Shown here: piece after piece, positions 1-8,075 of the stretch
Layout: the number at the start of each line of letters is the position of its first letter
How positions within the stretch are numbered: position 1 is the stretch's first letter
Source of the DNA: Rickettsiales bacterium
GTDB taxonomy: Bacteria > Pseudomonadota > Alphaproteobacteria > Rickettsiales > UBA1997
Direction of reading: 5' to 3'
Assembly: GCA_016778745.1 (NCBI GenBank)
Contig: JADHOZ010000001.1
Coordinates: 1 to 48,749, forward strand
DNA: 48,749 nt
Notes under the pieces: model-generated
What the model saw: only the letters and a program-made list of their open reading frames with translations
Database searches by the model: none
What the model was told of the DNA's origin: nothing
Program-made: the position numbers and the translations under genes

Positions 1-196
1 GATTATCATTAATACCACTAATCGGAGAAGAAGACGTTAAACTTTGAGCCGTCGAAATACGAGATTTTTTAATAATATGCTTACCACCTATGACACCAAC
101 TATCAAAACACCTATTATCACAATCACTATTGATAACTCTAAAAGAGAAAAAGCTGTCTTATTTCTAGATCTTAAGAAAGTGTTATAATGACGCAT
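1..196 (-). CDS. Prepilin-type N-terminal cleavage/methylation domain protein (type IV pilin or T2SS pseudopilin), N-terminal part only; the gene runs off the window edge
   Basis: Not in the ORF track. Reverse strand from ATG at 196 reads MRHYNTFLRSRNKTAFSLLELSIVIVIIGVLIVGVIGGKHIIKKSRISTAQ... AFSLLE followed by a hydrophobic helix is the classic prepilin peptidase/N-methylation signature. Confidence 0.6.
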   Translation of the reverse strand, partial: MRHYNTFLRSRNKTAFSLLELSIVIVIIGVLIVGVIGGKHIIKKSRISTAQSLTSSSPISGINDN

Positions 197-310
197 CTAT
201 GCTTATGTTGTTAATGTGAAAAAAAATTAGATTTAGACCATTTAAAAGTCAATCATCAAATATATTAACCATGCTTTCTGAATTTTAGCGTTAGCAACCG
301 TGTTAAAATC

Positions 311-455
311 ATGAAAATGAAATTAATAAAATACATCAAAATATACGAAAATAACTCAATATTCAAATGATACGGCATTGCGTGATATTTAGGCATTAAA
401 GAAAAGGGGTATCCTTATTTAGAATCATAGAGGTGGCCAAGCTATCGTCTGGTAA
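311..455 (+). pseudogene. Degraded remnant of a winged-helix DNA-binding ORF (DeoR-like or Fic C-terminal-like)
   Basis: One frame reads MKMKLIKYIKIYENNSIFK*. After a frame change the next reads NDTALRDI*ALKKRGILI*NHRGGQAIVW*. This resembles the ...TA.RDL..L...GIL...G.GR...Y HTH tail but carries two in-frame stops and a frameshift. Confidence 0.25.
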
Positions 456-479
456 TATAAAATGCTTAGAGTTTCAAAT

Positions 480-1019
480 TTAAGCAGCAGCGGAGCATTG
501 TCTTCCGACTTGCGATCCAACTTTAAATTTTTTACCTGTTTTTAGGTCGTCTAAAATTTTTAAGAAATTCTCGCTAGTTAGATCTTCAGCAAAATCATCG
601 TTAATTTGTACGACAGGAGCATTTACACATGCGCCTAAGCATTCCACTTCTTTTAAAGTAAATAAATTGTCAACACTTGTTTGATCCATCTCAATCCCAA
701 GTTTTTCTTTACAGTCTTTGATAATTTTATCAATACCACGAAGCATGCATGGAGTTGTTTTGCAGAATTGCAAAAGATATTTTCCAACTGGTTTGAGGTT
801 GTACATGGTGTAGAAGCTGGCAACTTCATAAACTTTAATTTCTGGCATTTCTAGGATTTTTGCTATTGTAGCTATTACGTCTTTGGAAACCCAATTTTCA
901 TTTTGTCTTTGGGCTAGATCAAGCAAGGGCATTACCGCAGATTTTTTTCTATCAGCTGGATATTTTGCTAAGATTTCTTTGATCTTTTCTTGGTTTTTTT
1001 TATTAAATTCAAAAGACAT
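480..1019 (-). CDS. nuoE: NADH-quinone oxidoreductase subunit E (24 kDa, 2Fe-2S)
   Basis: 179 aa. Thioredoxin-like 2Fe-2S cysteine pattern (FCKTTPCMLRG ... ECLGACVNAP) and NuoE-like sequence throughout. No other nuo gene is adjacent. Confidence 0.9.
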   Translation of the reverse strand: MSFEFNKKNQEKIKEILAKYPADRKKSAVMPLLDLAQRQNENWVSKDVIATIAKILEMPEIKVYEVASFYTMYNLKPVGKYLLQFCKTTPCMLRGIDKIIKDCKEKLGIEMDQTSVDNLFTLKEVECLGACVNAPVVQINDDFAEDLTSENFLKILDDLKTGKKFKVGSQVGRQCSAAA

Positions 1020-1091
1020 AGTTCGAAGTTTTTTAATAATACTTGGTGCTAGTTGGTATTTTTAATACCGATTAGCTTGTTTGAAAATTTA

Positions 1092-1874
1092 TTATTCAAC
1101 TCTTTTCCATACAGCTTTTTTTGCTGCAAGCAAGATTATGAATAAGATGAATAAGAACGTCATTGTTCTCACGCCCATTCTTTTTCTTGCTTCAGTTTCC
1201 GGCTCCGCAACAAATTGTAAAAAATTAACCACGTCAATAGACATTTGTTCTTTTGTTGGGTAAGTGCCGTCTGTGTACTCTACTTGCTCATCGTCAGTGA
1301 TAGGAGGGGGCATTGAGATTTTTCTACCGGGAAAATAGGGATTATAATATTTACCAGTCGCAATCTCAAAACCATATGGAGGTTCTTCATATCCATTAAT
1401 AAGTGAATAAACATAATTTGCGCCATCATGTCTGGCTTTTACAATGAGTGATAAATCAGGCGGAAGTGCGCCTCCATTGGCTGATCTGGCTGCATTTTCA
1501 TTGGCATATGGGCTAACGAATCTATCTGACGGTAGAGCGGGGCGTTCAAACATTTCACCTTCTTCGTCTGGGCCATCAACAACTAAATAGTCACTGGCAA
1601 TTGCTTTAACTTCTTCTTTGCTAAATCCAACATCTTCTAGGTTTCGATATGCAGGTCTTTTTAAGCTATGACAATTTGAGCAAACTTCTTTGTAAACCTT
1701 GAAGCCTCTTTGGATTGAGGCTTTATCAAAGCGACCAAAAAATCCGTCAAATTCCCACTTCATTTGTTTGGGATGAATCGCGTGAGTTGATAATTTTCCT
1801 TCCGCACTTGATCCGCCGCCAGCGAAAGCGACAGTCGGCAATAATAATAAAGTAACTACAAATCTTTTAATCAT
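1092..1874 (-). CDS. petC: Cytochrome c1 of the ubiquinol-cytochrome c reductase (bc1) complex
   Basis: 260 aa. Signal peptide, CSNCH haem c binding motif and a C-terminal TM anchor. Last gene of the pet cluster. Confidence 0.9.
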   Translation of the reverse strand: MIKRFVVTLLLLPTVAFAGGGSSAEGKLSTHAIHPKQMKWEFDGFFGRFDKASIQRGFKVYKEVCSNCHSLKRPAYRNLEDVGFSKEEVKAIASDYLVVDGPDEEGEMFERPALPSDRFVSPYANENAARSANGGALPPDLSLIVKARHDGANYVYSLINGYEEPPYGFEIATGKYYNPYFPGRKISMPPPITDDEQVEYTDGTYPTKEQMSIDVVNFLQFVAEPETEARKRMGVRTMTFLFILFIILLAAKKAVWKRVE

Positions 1875-2170
1875 TAGAATGTAAATAGTTTTTCGTTAAA
1901 ATCTTTAATTTTGCCATCCAGAACTTCAATTCCTTCAGACTTTAGTAATTGAATTTTTTTATCAACTCCAAACGCATAGCCACTAATTCCGCCATCAGAT
2001 CTAACGACTCTATGACAGGGAACTTGCGGAGCATTGGGGTTTAGCCCAACAATTCTTCCAACTTCTCTAAATGCTTGTGACTTAAGTTTTTTTGCTATTT
2101 CACCGTAGGTAGTGACTTTACCTTTTGGTATTTTTTTCAACAGCTCGTAAACGTTAGTTGCATCCAACAT
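1874..2170 (-). CDS. MGMT-family protein (single methylated-DNA-protein-cysteine methyltransferase DNA-binding/active-site domain)
   Basis: 98 aa with a PCHRVV active-site motif and HTH-like segment (TYGEIAKKL). Starts 4 nt after the petB stop. Its TAA overlaps the petC ATG (TAATG). Confidence 0.75.
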   Translation of the reverse strand: MLDATNVYELLKKIPKGKVTTYGEIAKKLKSQAFREVGRIVGLNPNAPQVPCHRVVRSDGGISGYAFGVDKKIQLLKSEGIEVLDGKIKDFNEKLFTF

Positions 2171-2174
2171 TTAG

Positions 2175-3419
2175 TTAATGTTTCGATTTATAATGCGCAT
2201 CAATTGATTCAGGTTCTGGCAGCGTTTTTTCAAACTTCGGCAAGAACGGCATTAAAATCAAGAAATAAGCATAATAGTAGAAAGTGGCAGCTCTTGATGC
2301 CCAAATATACCAACCTTCTGCTGGAGATTTACCAAGCCAACCCAAAAAGATAAAATTCAAAATAAAAATAATGAAAAATTTCTGAAATAATGGTCTATAG
2401 GCGCCGGATCTAACTGGACTTCTGTCGAGGAATGGTAAGGCAAATAGCAAGGCAATTGCACCAAACATCATAAGTACGCCACCGAGTTTGTCCGGAACTG
2501 CACGAAGGATTGCGTAAAATGGTAAGAAATACCATTCCGGTACAATGTGAGGAGGTGTCACCATAGGATTTGCCGGAATGTAATTATCCGGATGTCCCAA
2601 TGAGTTAGGATAGAAAAACAAGAAATAACCAAAGATCAAGAAAAAGGCGACGAAGCCCACCATATCCTTAATAGTGAAATATGGGTGGAATGGAATAGAG
2701 TCTTTTTTTGACTTCATTTCGACACCGCTTGGATTATTAGAGCCGCTTGTATGTAAAGAAACGAGGTGAATCATCACCACGCCCACAATCACGAGTGGTA
2801 AAATGAAATGCAGAGAGAAGAACCTATTTAATGTTGGGTTATCAACAGAATATCCGCCCCATAGCCATGTAACAATTGATTCACCAACAACCGGAATAGC
2901 TGAGAATAGATTTGTAATTACCGTTGCACCCCAAAAGCTCATTTGACCCCATGGCAATACATATCCCATGAAAGCAGTTGCCATAGTGAGTAAGAAAATA
3001 ATAACGCCAATCCACCACAAGATTTCTCGTGGCGCTTTATAAGAACCGTAATAAAGGCCACGTATAATATGCGCATAAAGTGCAACAAAAAACATGGAGG
3101 CACCAACAGCATGAATATAGCGCATCAACCAGCCAAACTTAACGTCTCGCATGATGTGTTCGACAGAATCAAACGCCATTTCAGTGTTGGCGGTGTAATG
3201 CATGGATAGAAATAATCCACTGAGAATTTGAACCACTAAAGCGATTCCAGCGATTGAACCAAAACCCCACCAATAACTAAGGTTTTTTGGATAAGGATGC
3301 TTAAATAATACATTTTCTAGCATGCTAATGACTGGTAAGCGGTCATTAATCCATTTTGCTACTTTTGATTTTTCGGTTAGTGATTGTTTAAAGTCGTTTT
3401 CTATGTGCTTTCCTGACAT
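2175..3419 (-). CDS. petB: Cytochrome b of the bc1 complex
   Basis: 414 aa polytopic membrane protein with typical cytochrome b blocks (WWGFGS, Hxx[19 protein letters not shown]). Confidence 0.95.
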   Translation of the reverse strand: MSGKHIENDFKQSLTEKSKVAKWINDRLPVISMLENVLFKHPYPKNLSYWWGFGSIAGIALVVQILSGLFLSMHYTANTEMAFDSVEHIMRDVKFGWLMRYIHAVGASMFFVALYAHIIRGLYYGSYKAPREILWWIGVIIFLLTMATAFMGYVLPWGQMSFWGATVITNLFSAIPVVGESIVTWLWGGYSVDNPTLNRFFSLHFILPLVIVGVVMIHLVSLHTSGSNNPSGVEMKSKKDSIPFHPYFTIKDMVGFVAFFLIFGYFLFFYPNSLGHPDNYIPANPMVTPPHIVPEWYFLPFYAILRAVPDKLGGVLMMFGAIALLFALPFLDRSPVRSGAYRPLFQKFFIIFILNFIFLGWLGKSPAEGWYIWASRAATFYYYAYFLILMPFLPKFEKTLPEPESIDAHYKSKH

Positions 3420-3422
3420 GTT

Positions 3423-3953
3423 CTATCCAATTTTAATTACTTTGTCGCTTAGAAATTCATATGGTGGAATTTCTAAATTCTTTGGCGCTGGGCCTTTTCT
3501 AATTCTTGCTGAAGTGTCGTATTGTGAGCCATGACAAGGACAAAACCAGCCATCAAATTCTCCCGCCTCTGGAGTGGGAACGCATCCCAAATGAGTACAA
3601 ATTTCAATTGTAACTAACCATTCTTCTTTCCCTTTTTTAACACGGTCAGAATCCTTTTGTGGGTCACGAAGAGTATTTAGATCAACTTCATTAGCTGCTT
3701 CAATTTCTTTTTTGCTTCTTCTTCTAACGGAAACCGGCTTGCCGCGCCACATTACTTTTTTTGCGCTTCCAACTTCGATTCCAGAAATATCAACTTCCAC
3801 TGAAGATAGGGCTTGAACATCATCTGCCGGATTCAGACTCATTACAAATGGATAAAGCGCGCAAGCTGCACCTGCACCAGCTGTTGTATAAGCAGCATTA
3901 GCTAAGAGTTTGCGACGTTTTTCATCTTTAACTGATTCAATCTTTTTTGACAT
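3423..3953 (-). CDS. petA: Ubiquinol-cytochrome c reductase Rieske iron-sulfur subunit
   Basis: 176 aa with Rieske motifs CTHLGC and CPCHGS. The N-terminus is Tat/TM-like. A 3-nt gap separates it from petB. Confidence 0.9.
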   Translation of the reverse strand: MSKKIESVKDEKRRKLLANAAYTTAGAGAACALYPFVMSLNPADDVQALSSVEVDISGIEVGSAKKVMWRGKPVSVRRRSKKEIEAANEVDLNTLRDPQKDSDRVKKGKEEWLVTIEICTHLGCVPTPEAGEFDGWFCPCHGSQYDTSARIRKGPAPKNLEIPPYEFLSDKVIKIG

Positions 3954-4081
3954 ATTTTAAATAAACAAAATTTAATGAATAACCATGCAAGAAGAGGATA
4001 ATTCTATTTTTAAATTGCTTTTTTTCAAGTCTTTAATTAAGAAAAAGGTTATTAAATTATTGATTAATAAGCCATTTTGAA

Positions 4082-4525
4082 ATGACAATACTTAAAATAA
4101 AAAAATTAGAAAATCTAAAAGAATTGCCTTTACCAAAATATGAAACCCCAGGAAGTGCCGGAATGGATCTAAGGGCGGCAATTAATGAACCAATTCTTTT
4201 GAAAGAAGGAGAAACAAAGTTAATTAAAACTGGTTTTGCCATCGCCCTAAAACCAGGCTATGAAGCGCAAGTCAGACCAAGATCTGGGTTAGCATTAAAA
4301 AACGGCGTCACAGTTTTAAATTCTCCAGGAACAGTAGACTCGGATTATCGCGGCGAAGTGTGTGTCATTTTAACTAATACTTCCAAAGCGGATTTTGTTG
4401 TGGAGCGCGGAATGAGAATCGCTCAAATGATTATTACTCAATATGAGCAAGCAAATATTGTTGAAGTTGAAGATTTGGATGAAACCACACGTGGTAGCGG
4501 AGGCTTTGGTTCAACGGGGGTCTGA
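4082..4525 (+). CDS. dut: dUTP diphosphatase
   Basis: 147 aa with dUTPase motifs ([34 protein letters not shown]). Confidence 0.92.
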   Translation: MTILKIKKLENLKELPLPKYETPGSAGMDLRAAINEPILLKEGETKLIKTGFAIALKPGYEAQVRPRSGLALKNGVTVLNSPGTVDSDYRGEVCVILTNTSKADFVVERGMRIAQMIITQYEQANIVEVEDLDETTRGSGGFGSTGV

Positions 4526-4555
4526 TACTAAATAAGATGGAATTGTAATTACAAA

Positions 4556-5308
4556 ATGCTAAGCAAAGATCAACAACAACGTTATCTAAGAAACATAATC
4601 CTGCCAGAAATTGGCGAAAAGGGTCAACAAAAACTACTGACTGCCAGAGTTTTGGTGATTGGTTCAGGCGGCTTAGGATCTTCAGTTTTATTTTACTTAG
4701 CTGCCGCGGGTGTGGGTAACGTCGGCGTAATGGACTTTGACATCGTTGAATTATCAAACTTACAAAGACAAATAATTCATAATTTAAATGACATTAATAA
4801 AGCAAAAGTTCAAAGCGCTAAAGAAAAAATAAATAAATTAAATCCAAGTGTAAATCTTGAAGTTTTTGAAGAAAAAGCCACGCTAGAATCTCTAAAAAAA
4901 ATAGCCAAAAATTACGATTACATCATAGACGCAACCGATAATTTTCCAACAAGATTTATCATCAACGAATATTGCCTCAAAGCCAAAAAAATTCTCATAT
5001 TTGCTGCAGTAAAAGCATTTTCTGGTCAAGTGTCAGTCTTCAAGTCATATGAAAATAATAATCCATGTTATTCCTGCTTTAATCCTAATGTAGTCGGTGA
5101 AGGATTTTCTTTGCCGTTATCTGAGAAAGGGATATTGGGTTCAGTAGCTGGAACAATAGGTACCCTACAAGCAACTACTACAATTAAAGAAATTTTAGGA
5201 ATAGGTGAGTCGCTGGTTGGTAAGATGTTAATATTTGATTTTTTAGAAAACAAAATTCGTAAGATAAGCTTGAAGAAGAGAGAAAGTTGTAAAATTTGTA
5301 GTAACTGA
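4556..5308 (+). CDS. ThiF/MoeB/HesA-family adenylyltransferase
   Basis: 250 aa with the nucleotide-binding loop VLVIGSGGLGS, SNLQRQ, and paired CxxC motifs (CYSC, CKIC). Confidence 0.8.
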   Translation: MLSKDQQQRYLRNIILPEIGEKGQQKLLTARVLVIGSGGLGSSVLFYLAAAGVGNVGVMDFDIVELSNLQRQIIHNLNDINKAKVQSAKEKINKLNPSVNLEVFEEKATLESLKKIAKNYDYIIDATDNFPTRFIINEYCLKAKKILIFAAVKAFSGQVSVFKSYENNNPCYSCFNPNVVGEGFSLPLSEKGILGSVAGTIGTLQATTTIKEILGIGESLVGKMLIFDFLENKIRKISLKKRESCKICSN

Positions 5309-5378
5309 ATTTACTTAATTGACTTTCTAATTACTATCCATCAGAATCAGCGACCTTATTTTTATCCGTTTTATTTGC

Positions 5379-5464
5379 GGAGGAGTGGCCGAGCGGTCAA
5401 TGGCAACAGACTGTAAATCTGTCCGCGTAAGCGTACGCAGGTTCGAATCCTGCCTCCTCCACCA
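5379..5464 (+). tRNA. tRNA-Tyr (GTA), CCA encoded
   Basis: Cloverleaf folded by eye. Acceptor GGAGGAG/CTCCTCC, anticodon arm ACAGA-CTGTAAA-TCTGT, long variable arm, T arm GCAGG-TTCGAAT-CCTGC, ACCA end. Confidence 0.9.
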
Positions 5465-5501
5465 GCCTTCGCTCTTGTGAGCTATGGCTGGCAGGCCAGA
5501 C
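5465..5501 (+). repeat. Conserved tRNA 3' trailer, copy 1 (GCCTTCGCTCTTGTGAGCTATGGCTGGCAGGCCAGAC)
   Basis: About 31 of 36 aligned positions are identical to the trailer after the CAT-anticodon tRNA (8033-8068). CCAGCC (includes the CCA end) can pair with GGCTGG, enclosing a small inner hairpin GCTC-TTGT-GAGC. Confidence 0.7.
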
Positions 5502-5503
5502 AA

Positions 5504-5536
5504 ACTAAAATTACATATGCGGGTGTAGCTCAATGG
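5504..5536 (+). repeat. Upstream copy of a direct repeat: 15 nt of leader plus the first 18 nt of tRNA-Gly
   Basis: ACTAAAATTACATATGCGGGTGTAGCTCAATGG (5504-5536) versus ACTAAAATTAAATATGCGGGTGTAGCTCAATGG (5667-5699). 32 of 33 positions are identical. Confidence 0.9.
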
Positions 5537-5666
5537 GTTTTTCTTCAAAAAATAGCATTTAACATGCTATTTTTCCAAGAAAAACGGGCAAAGGAGTTTT
5601 TTAAAACGACGCATGCCCCGGCGCGATATTTTCTTCGAGCGAAGCGAGAAAAGAAATATCAGCGTT
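5537..5666 (+). ncRNA. tRNA-linked structured element, copy 1 (unclassified candidate ncRNA or miniature mobile element)
   Basis: Homologous to the reverse complement of 21116-21281. P1 is 5537-5545 GTTTTTCTT pairing with 5577-5585 AAGAAAAAC. P2 is 5548-5558 pairing with 5564-5574. P3 is 5625-5631 GATATTT pairing with 5654-5660 AAATATC. Conserved blocks: AAAAACGGG, AGGAG, TAAAACGACGCA, TCTTCGAGCGAA, AGAAAAG. Confidence 0.6.
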
Positions 5667-5681
5667 ACTAAAATTAAATAT

Positions 5682-5755
5682 GCGGGTGTAGCTCAATGGT
5701 AGAGCCCTAGCCTTCCAAGCTAGTCGTGAGGGTTCGATTCCCTTCACCCGCTCCA
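5682..5755 (+). tRNA. tRNA-Gly (TCC), CCA encoded
   Basis: GCGGGTG acceptor, anticodon arm CTAGC-CTTCCAA-GCTAG, T arm GAGGG-TTCGATT-CCCTT, 3' CACCCGC-T-CCA. Confidence 0.9.
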
Positions 5756-5779
5756 AAAATCAATCACCAAATATTTTAG

Positions 5780-7771
5780 GTGACAAATACATTCAAAATA
5801 CACTCCAAATTCTCCCCCGCAGGAGACCAGCCTAGAGCTATCGAACAGCTTCTTGATGGCATAAATCAGAAGAAAAGAGATCAAATATTGCTTGGTATAA
5901 CTGGATCTGGCAAGACGTTTACCATGGCTAATATTATTGAAAGGACTCAGCGCCCTAGCCTTATTATGGCGCATAATAAAACGTTGGCAGCACAGATTTA
6001 CGGGGAAATGAAAGAGTTTTTTCCAGAAAATGAAATTGGTTATTTTGTATCATTTTATGATTATTATCAGCCAGAAGCTTATATTCCAAGAACCGATACC
6101 TACATTGAAAAAGATAGTTCAATTAACGAACAAATTGATCGACTACGTCACGTGGCAACGCGTGCTTTATTTGAGCGTCGTGATACGATTGTGGTGGCCT
6201 CTGTTTCTTGTATTTATGGTATTGGCTCCCCTGAGTTTTATTCTAATATGGTGGTTCGTTTAAAAGTTGGTGATGAAATTAGTCGTCAAAAGCTGCTTTT
6301 ACGCTTTGTGGATTTACAATATGAAAGAAATGATACTAGTTTTGAGCGCTGTAGTTTCAGGGTGCAAGGTGATACGGTTGATGTTTTCCCGTCTCACGAA
6401 GATGAAAAAGCGTGGCGTATTTCAATGTTTGGTGATGAGATTGATGACATAATCGAATTTGATCCCTTAACCGGAGAAACGTTTGCTAGGTTAGATGAAA
6501 TTGCTCTTTATCCTTCATCGCACTATGTTACTCCGGCCGATACTTTAAAATCAGCCATCGTTAATATAAAACGTGATCTTGCTAAAAGAGTTGAAGAATT
6601 AGAGCAAAAAGGATTTGCAGTCGAGGCTCAAAGGTTAAATCAAAGAACAACGTACGACATGGAAATGATGTTGGAAGTTGGATCGTGTAAAGGAATTGAA
6701 AATTATTCACGCTATCTAACTGGGCGGCCTGCCGGCGCACCTCCGCCAACTCTTTTTGAGTATCTACCAAAGGATGCATTATTATTTGTTGATGAGAGCC
6801 ATGTTTCTGTACCGCAAATTGATGGTATGTATAAAGGTGATTTTGCAAGGAAATCAAATCTTGCAGAGCATGGCTTTAGATTACCAAGTGCATTAGATAA
6901 TCGACCTCTAAAATTTTCGGAGTGGGAAGATTTTAAGCCGCAAACTATTTATGTTTCTGCAACGCCAGGTAAATATGAAAGAGCCAAAACTGATAGTGCA
7001 GTAGTAGAGCAAATCATTCGTCCAACTGGTTTGCTTGACCCAATTTGTGAAATTAGGCCATCATCAAAGCAGGTGATAGATTTACTAAAAGAAATTCAAG
7101 AAACAACGAAAAGAGGGTTTAGAACCCTAGTGACAACGCTTACCAAGAAAATGGCTGAAGACTTGGCTGATTATCTAAACGATAATGGCGTGAACGTTGT
7201 GTACATGCATTCCGATGTAGACACCCTTGATAGAATTGAGATTATCCAAAACCTCCGCCTTGGTAAACATGACTGTTTGGTTGGCGTCAATCTTCTTCGT
7301 GAAGGTTTAGACATTCCAGAATGTGCATTAGTAGCAATATTAGATGCTGACAAAGAGGGTTTCCTTAGAAATGAAACGTCGCTTATTCAGACAATTGGTC
7401 GTGCGGCCAGAAACTCCGAAAGTAAAGTAATTTTATACGCCGATAAAGAAACAAAATCTATCAAAGCTGCCCTGGGTGAAAATAACCGCCGTCGAGAAAT
7501 TCAAATTGCGCATAATAAAAAACACAATATCACGCCAAAAACGACCTACAAAGCCATTGGTTCTTCGCTAGCGAATCTCTACAAAAAAGAAGAGAAGAAG
7601 CAAGCAATTAGCGATTTTAACCATGAAGTAGATATAAAAATGAAACCAACAGCCAAGAATTTAGAGAACCTCAAAAAAGAAATGCTTGAGGCAGCGACTG
7701 ATTTGGATTTTGAAAAAGCGGCTAAAATCAGAGATGAGGTTAGAAAATTGGAGGCATTGCAGTTGATATAG
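5780..7771 (+). CDS. uvrB: Excinuclease ABC subunit B
   Basis: 663 aa, GTG start. Contains Walker A GITGSGKT, helicase motifs and the C-terminal UVR domain ([10 protein letters not shown]). Confidence 0.95.
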   Translation: MTNTFKIHSKFSPAGDQPRAIEQLLDGINQKKRDQILLGITGSGKTFTMANIIERTQRPSLIMAHNKTLAAQIYGEMKEFFPENEIGYFVSFYDYYQPEAYIPRTDTYIEKDSSINEQIDRLRHVATRALFERRDTIVVASVSCIYGIGSPEFYSNMVVRLKVGDEISRQKLLLRFVDLQYERNDTSFERCSFRVQGDTVDVFPSHEDEKAWRISMFGDEIDDIIEFDPLTGETFARLDEIALYPSSHYVTPADTLKSAIVNIKRDLAKRVEELEQKGFAVEAQRLNQRTTYDMEMMLEVGSCKGIENYSRYLTGRPAGAPPPTLFEYLPKDALLFVDESHVSVPQIDGMYKGDFARKSNLAEHGFRLPSALDNRPLKFSEWEDFKPQTIYVSATPGKYERAKTDSAVVEQIIRPTGLLDPICEIRPSSKQVIDLLKEIQETTKRGFRTLVTTLTKKMAEDLADYLNDNGVNVVYMHSDVDTLDRIEIIQNLRLGKHDCLVGVNLLREGLDIPECALVAILDADKEGFLRNETSLIQTIGRAARNSESKVILYADKETKSIKAALGENNRRREIQIAHNKKHNITPKTTYKAIGSSLANLYKKEEKKQAISDFNHEVDIKMKPTAKNLENLKKEMLEAATDLDFEKAAKIRDEVRKLEALQLI

Positions 7772-7956
7772 CAATAATAACACCTTATAGATACTCAATT
7801 AATTTACGGAGTGTGTGCGCTCTGCCATATAAAATACCAAAAAAATAGGAATTGGCATAATATCAGTGGTAATAATTTGATATATCTACGAAGAGTAGGA
7901 AATAAAAGTTTGAAAAATTAAATTTTATGACGAAAATAATTTTTTCTTTTATTTAT

Positions 7957-8032
7957 GGCGGAGTAGCTCAGTCGGTAGAGCAACGGGATCATAATCCGCA
8001 GGTCGGGGGTTCAAGTCCCTCCTCCGCTACCA
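7957..8032 (+). tRNA. tRNA with CAT anticodon (Met, or Ile2 if lysidine-modified), CCA encoded
   Basis: GGCGGAG...CTCCGCT-A-CCA with a G1-T72 wobble. D arm GCTCAGTCGGTAGAGC, anticodon loop ATCATAA, T arm GGGGG-TTCAAGT-CCCTC. Amino-acid identity cannot be settled by eye. Confidence 0.8.
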
Positions 8033-8068
8033 GCCTTCGCTCTTTGAGATACGGCTGGCAGGCCAACC
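8033..8068 (+). repeat. Conserved tRNA 3' trailer, copy 2 (GCCTTCGCTCTTTGAGATACGGCTGGCAGGCCAACC)
   Basis: Aligns with 5465-5501 with the same CCAGCC/GGCTGG pairing potential. Followed by the small hairpin AACCA-GTT-TGGTT (8065-8077), which overlaps the stop of the convergent gene. Confidence 0.7.
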
Positions 8069-8075
8069 AGTTTGG

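Noticed and set aside
5537-5666. Possibility that the tRNA-linked element is a known RNA class (two-piece tmRNA, group II intron domain V/VI, retron msr/msd, integron attC).
   Set aside because: There is no tRNA-Ala-like acceptor or tag reading frame for tmRNA. The GAAA-capped hairpin lacks the domain V AGC triad and bulge geometry. No reverse transcriptase or integron integrase is nearby. None of these fits by eye, although a database scan is still needed.
5327-5671. ORFs of 73 aa (reverse, 5327-5548) and 64 aa (forward, 5477-5671) covering the tRNA-Tyr / tRNA-Gly spacer.
   Set aside because: They read through tRNA genes and the structured element. The homologous element at tRNA-Arg has no equivalent open frame or ATG, so conservation is at the nucleotide/structure level, not the protein level.
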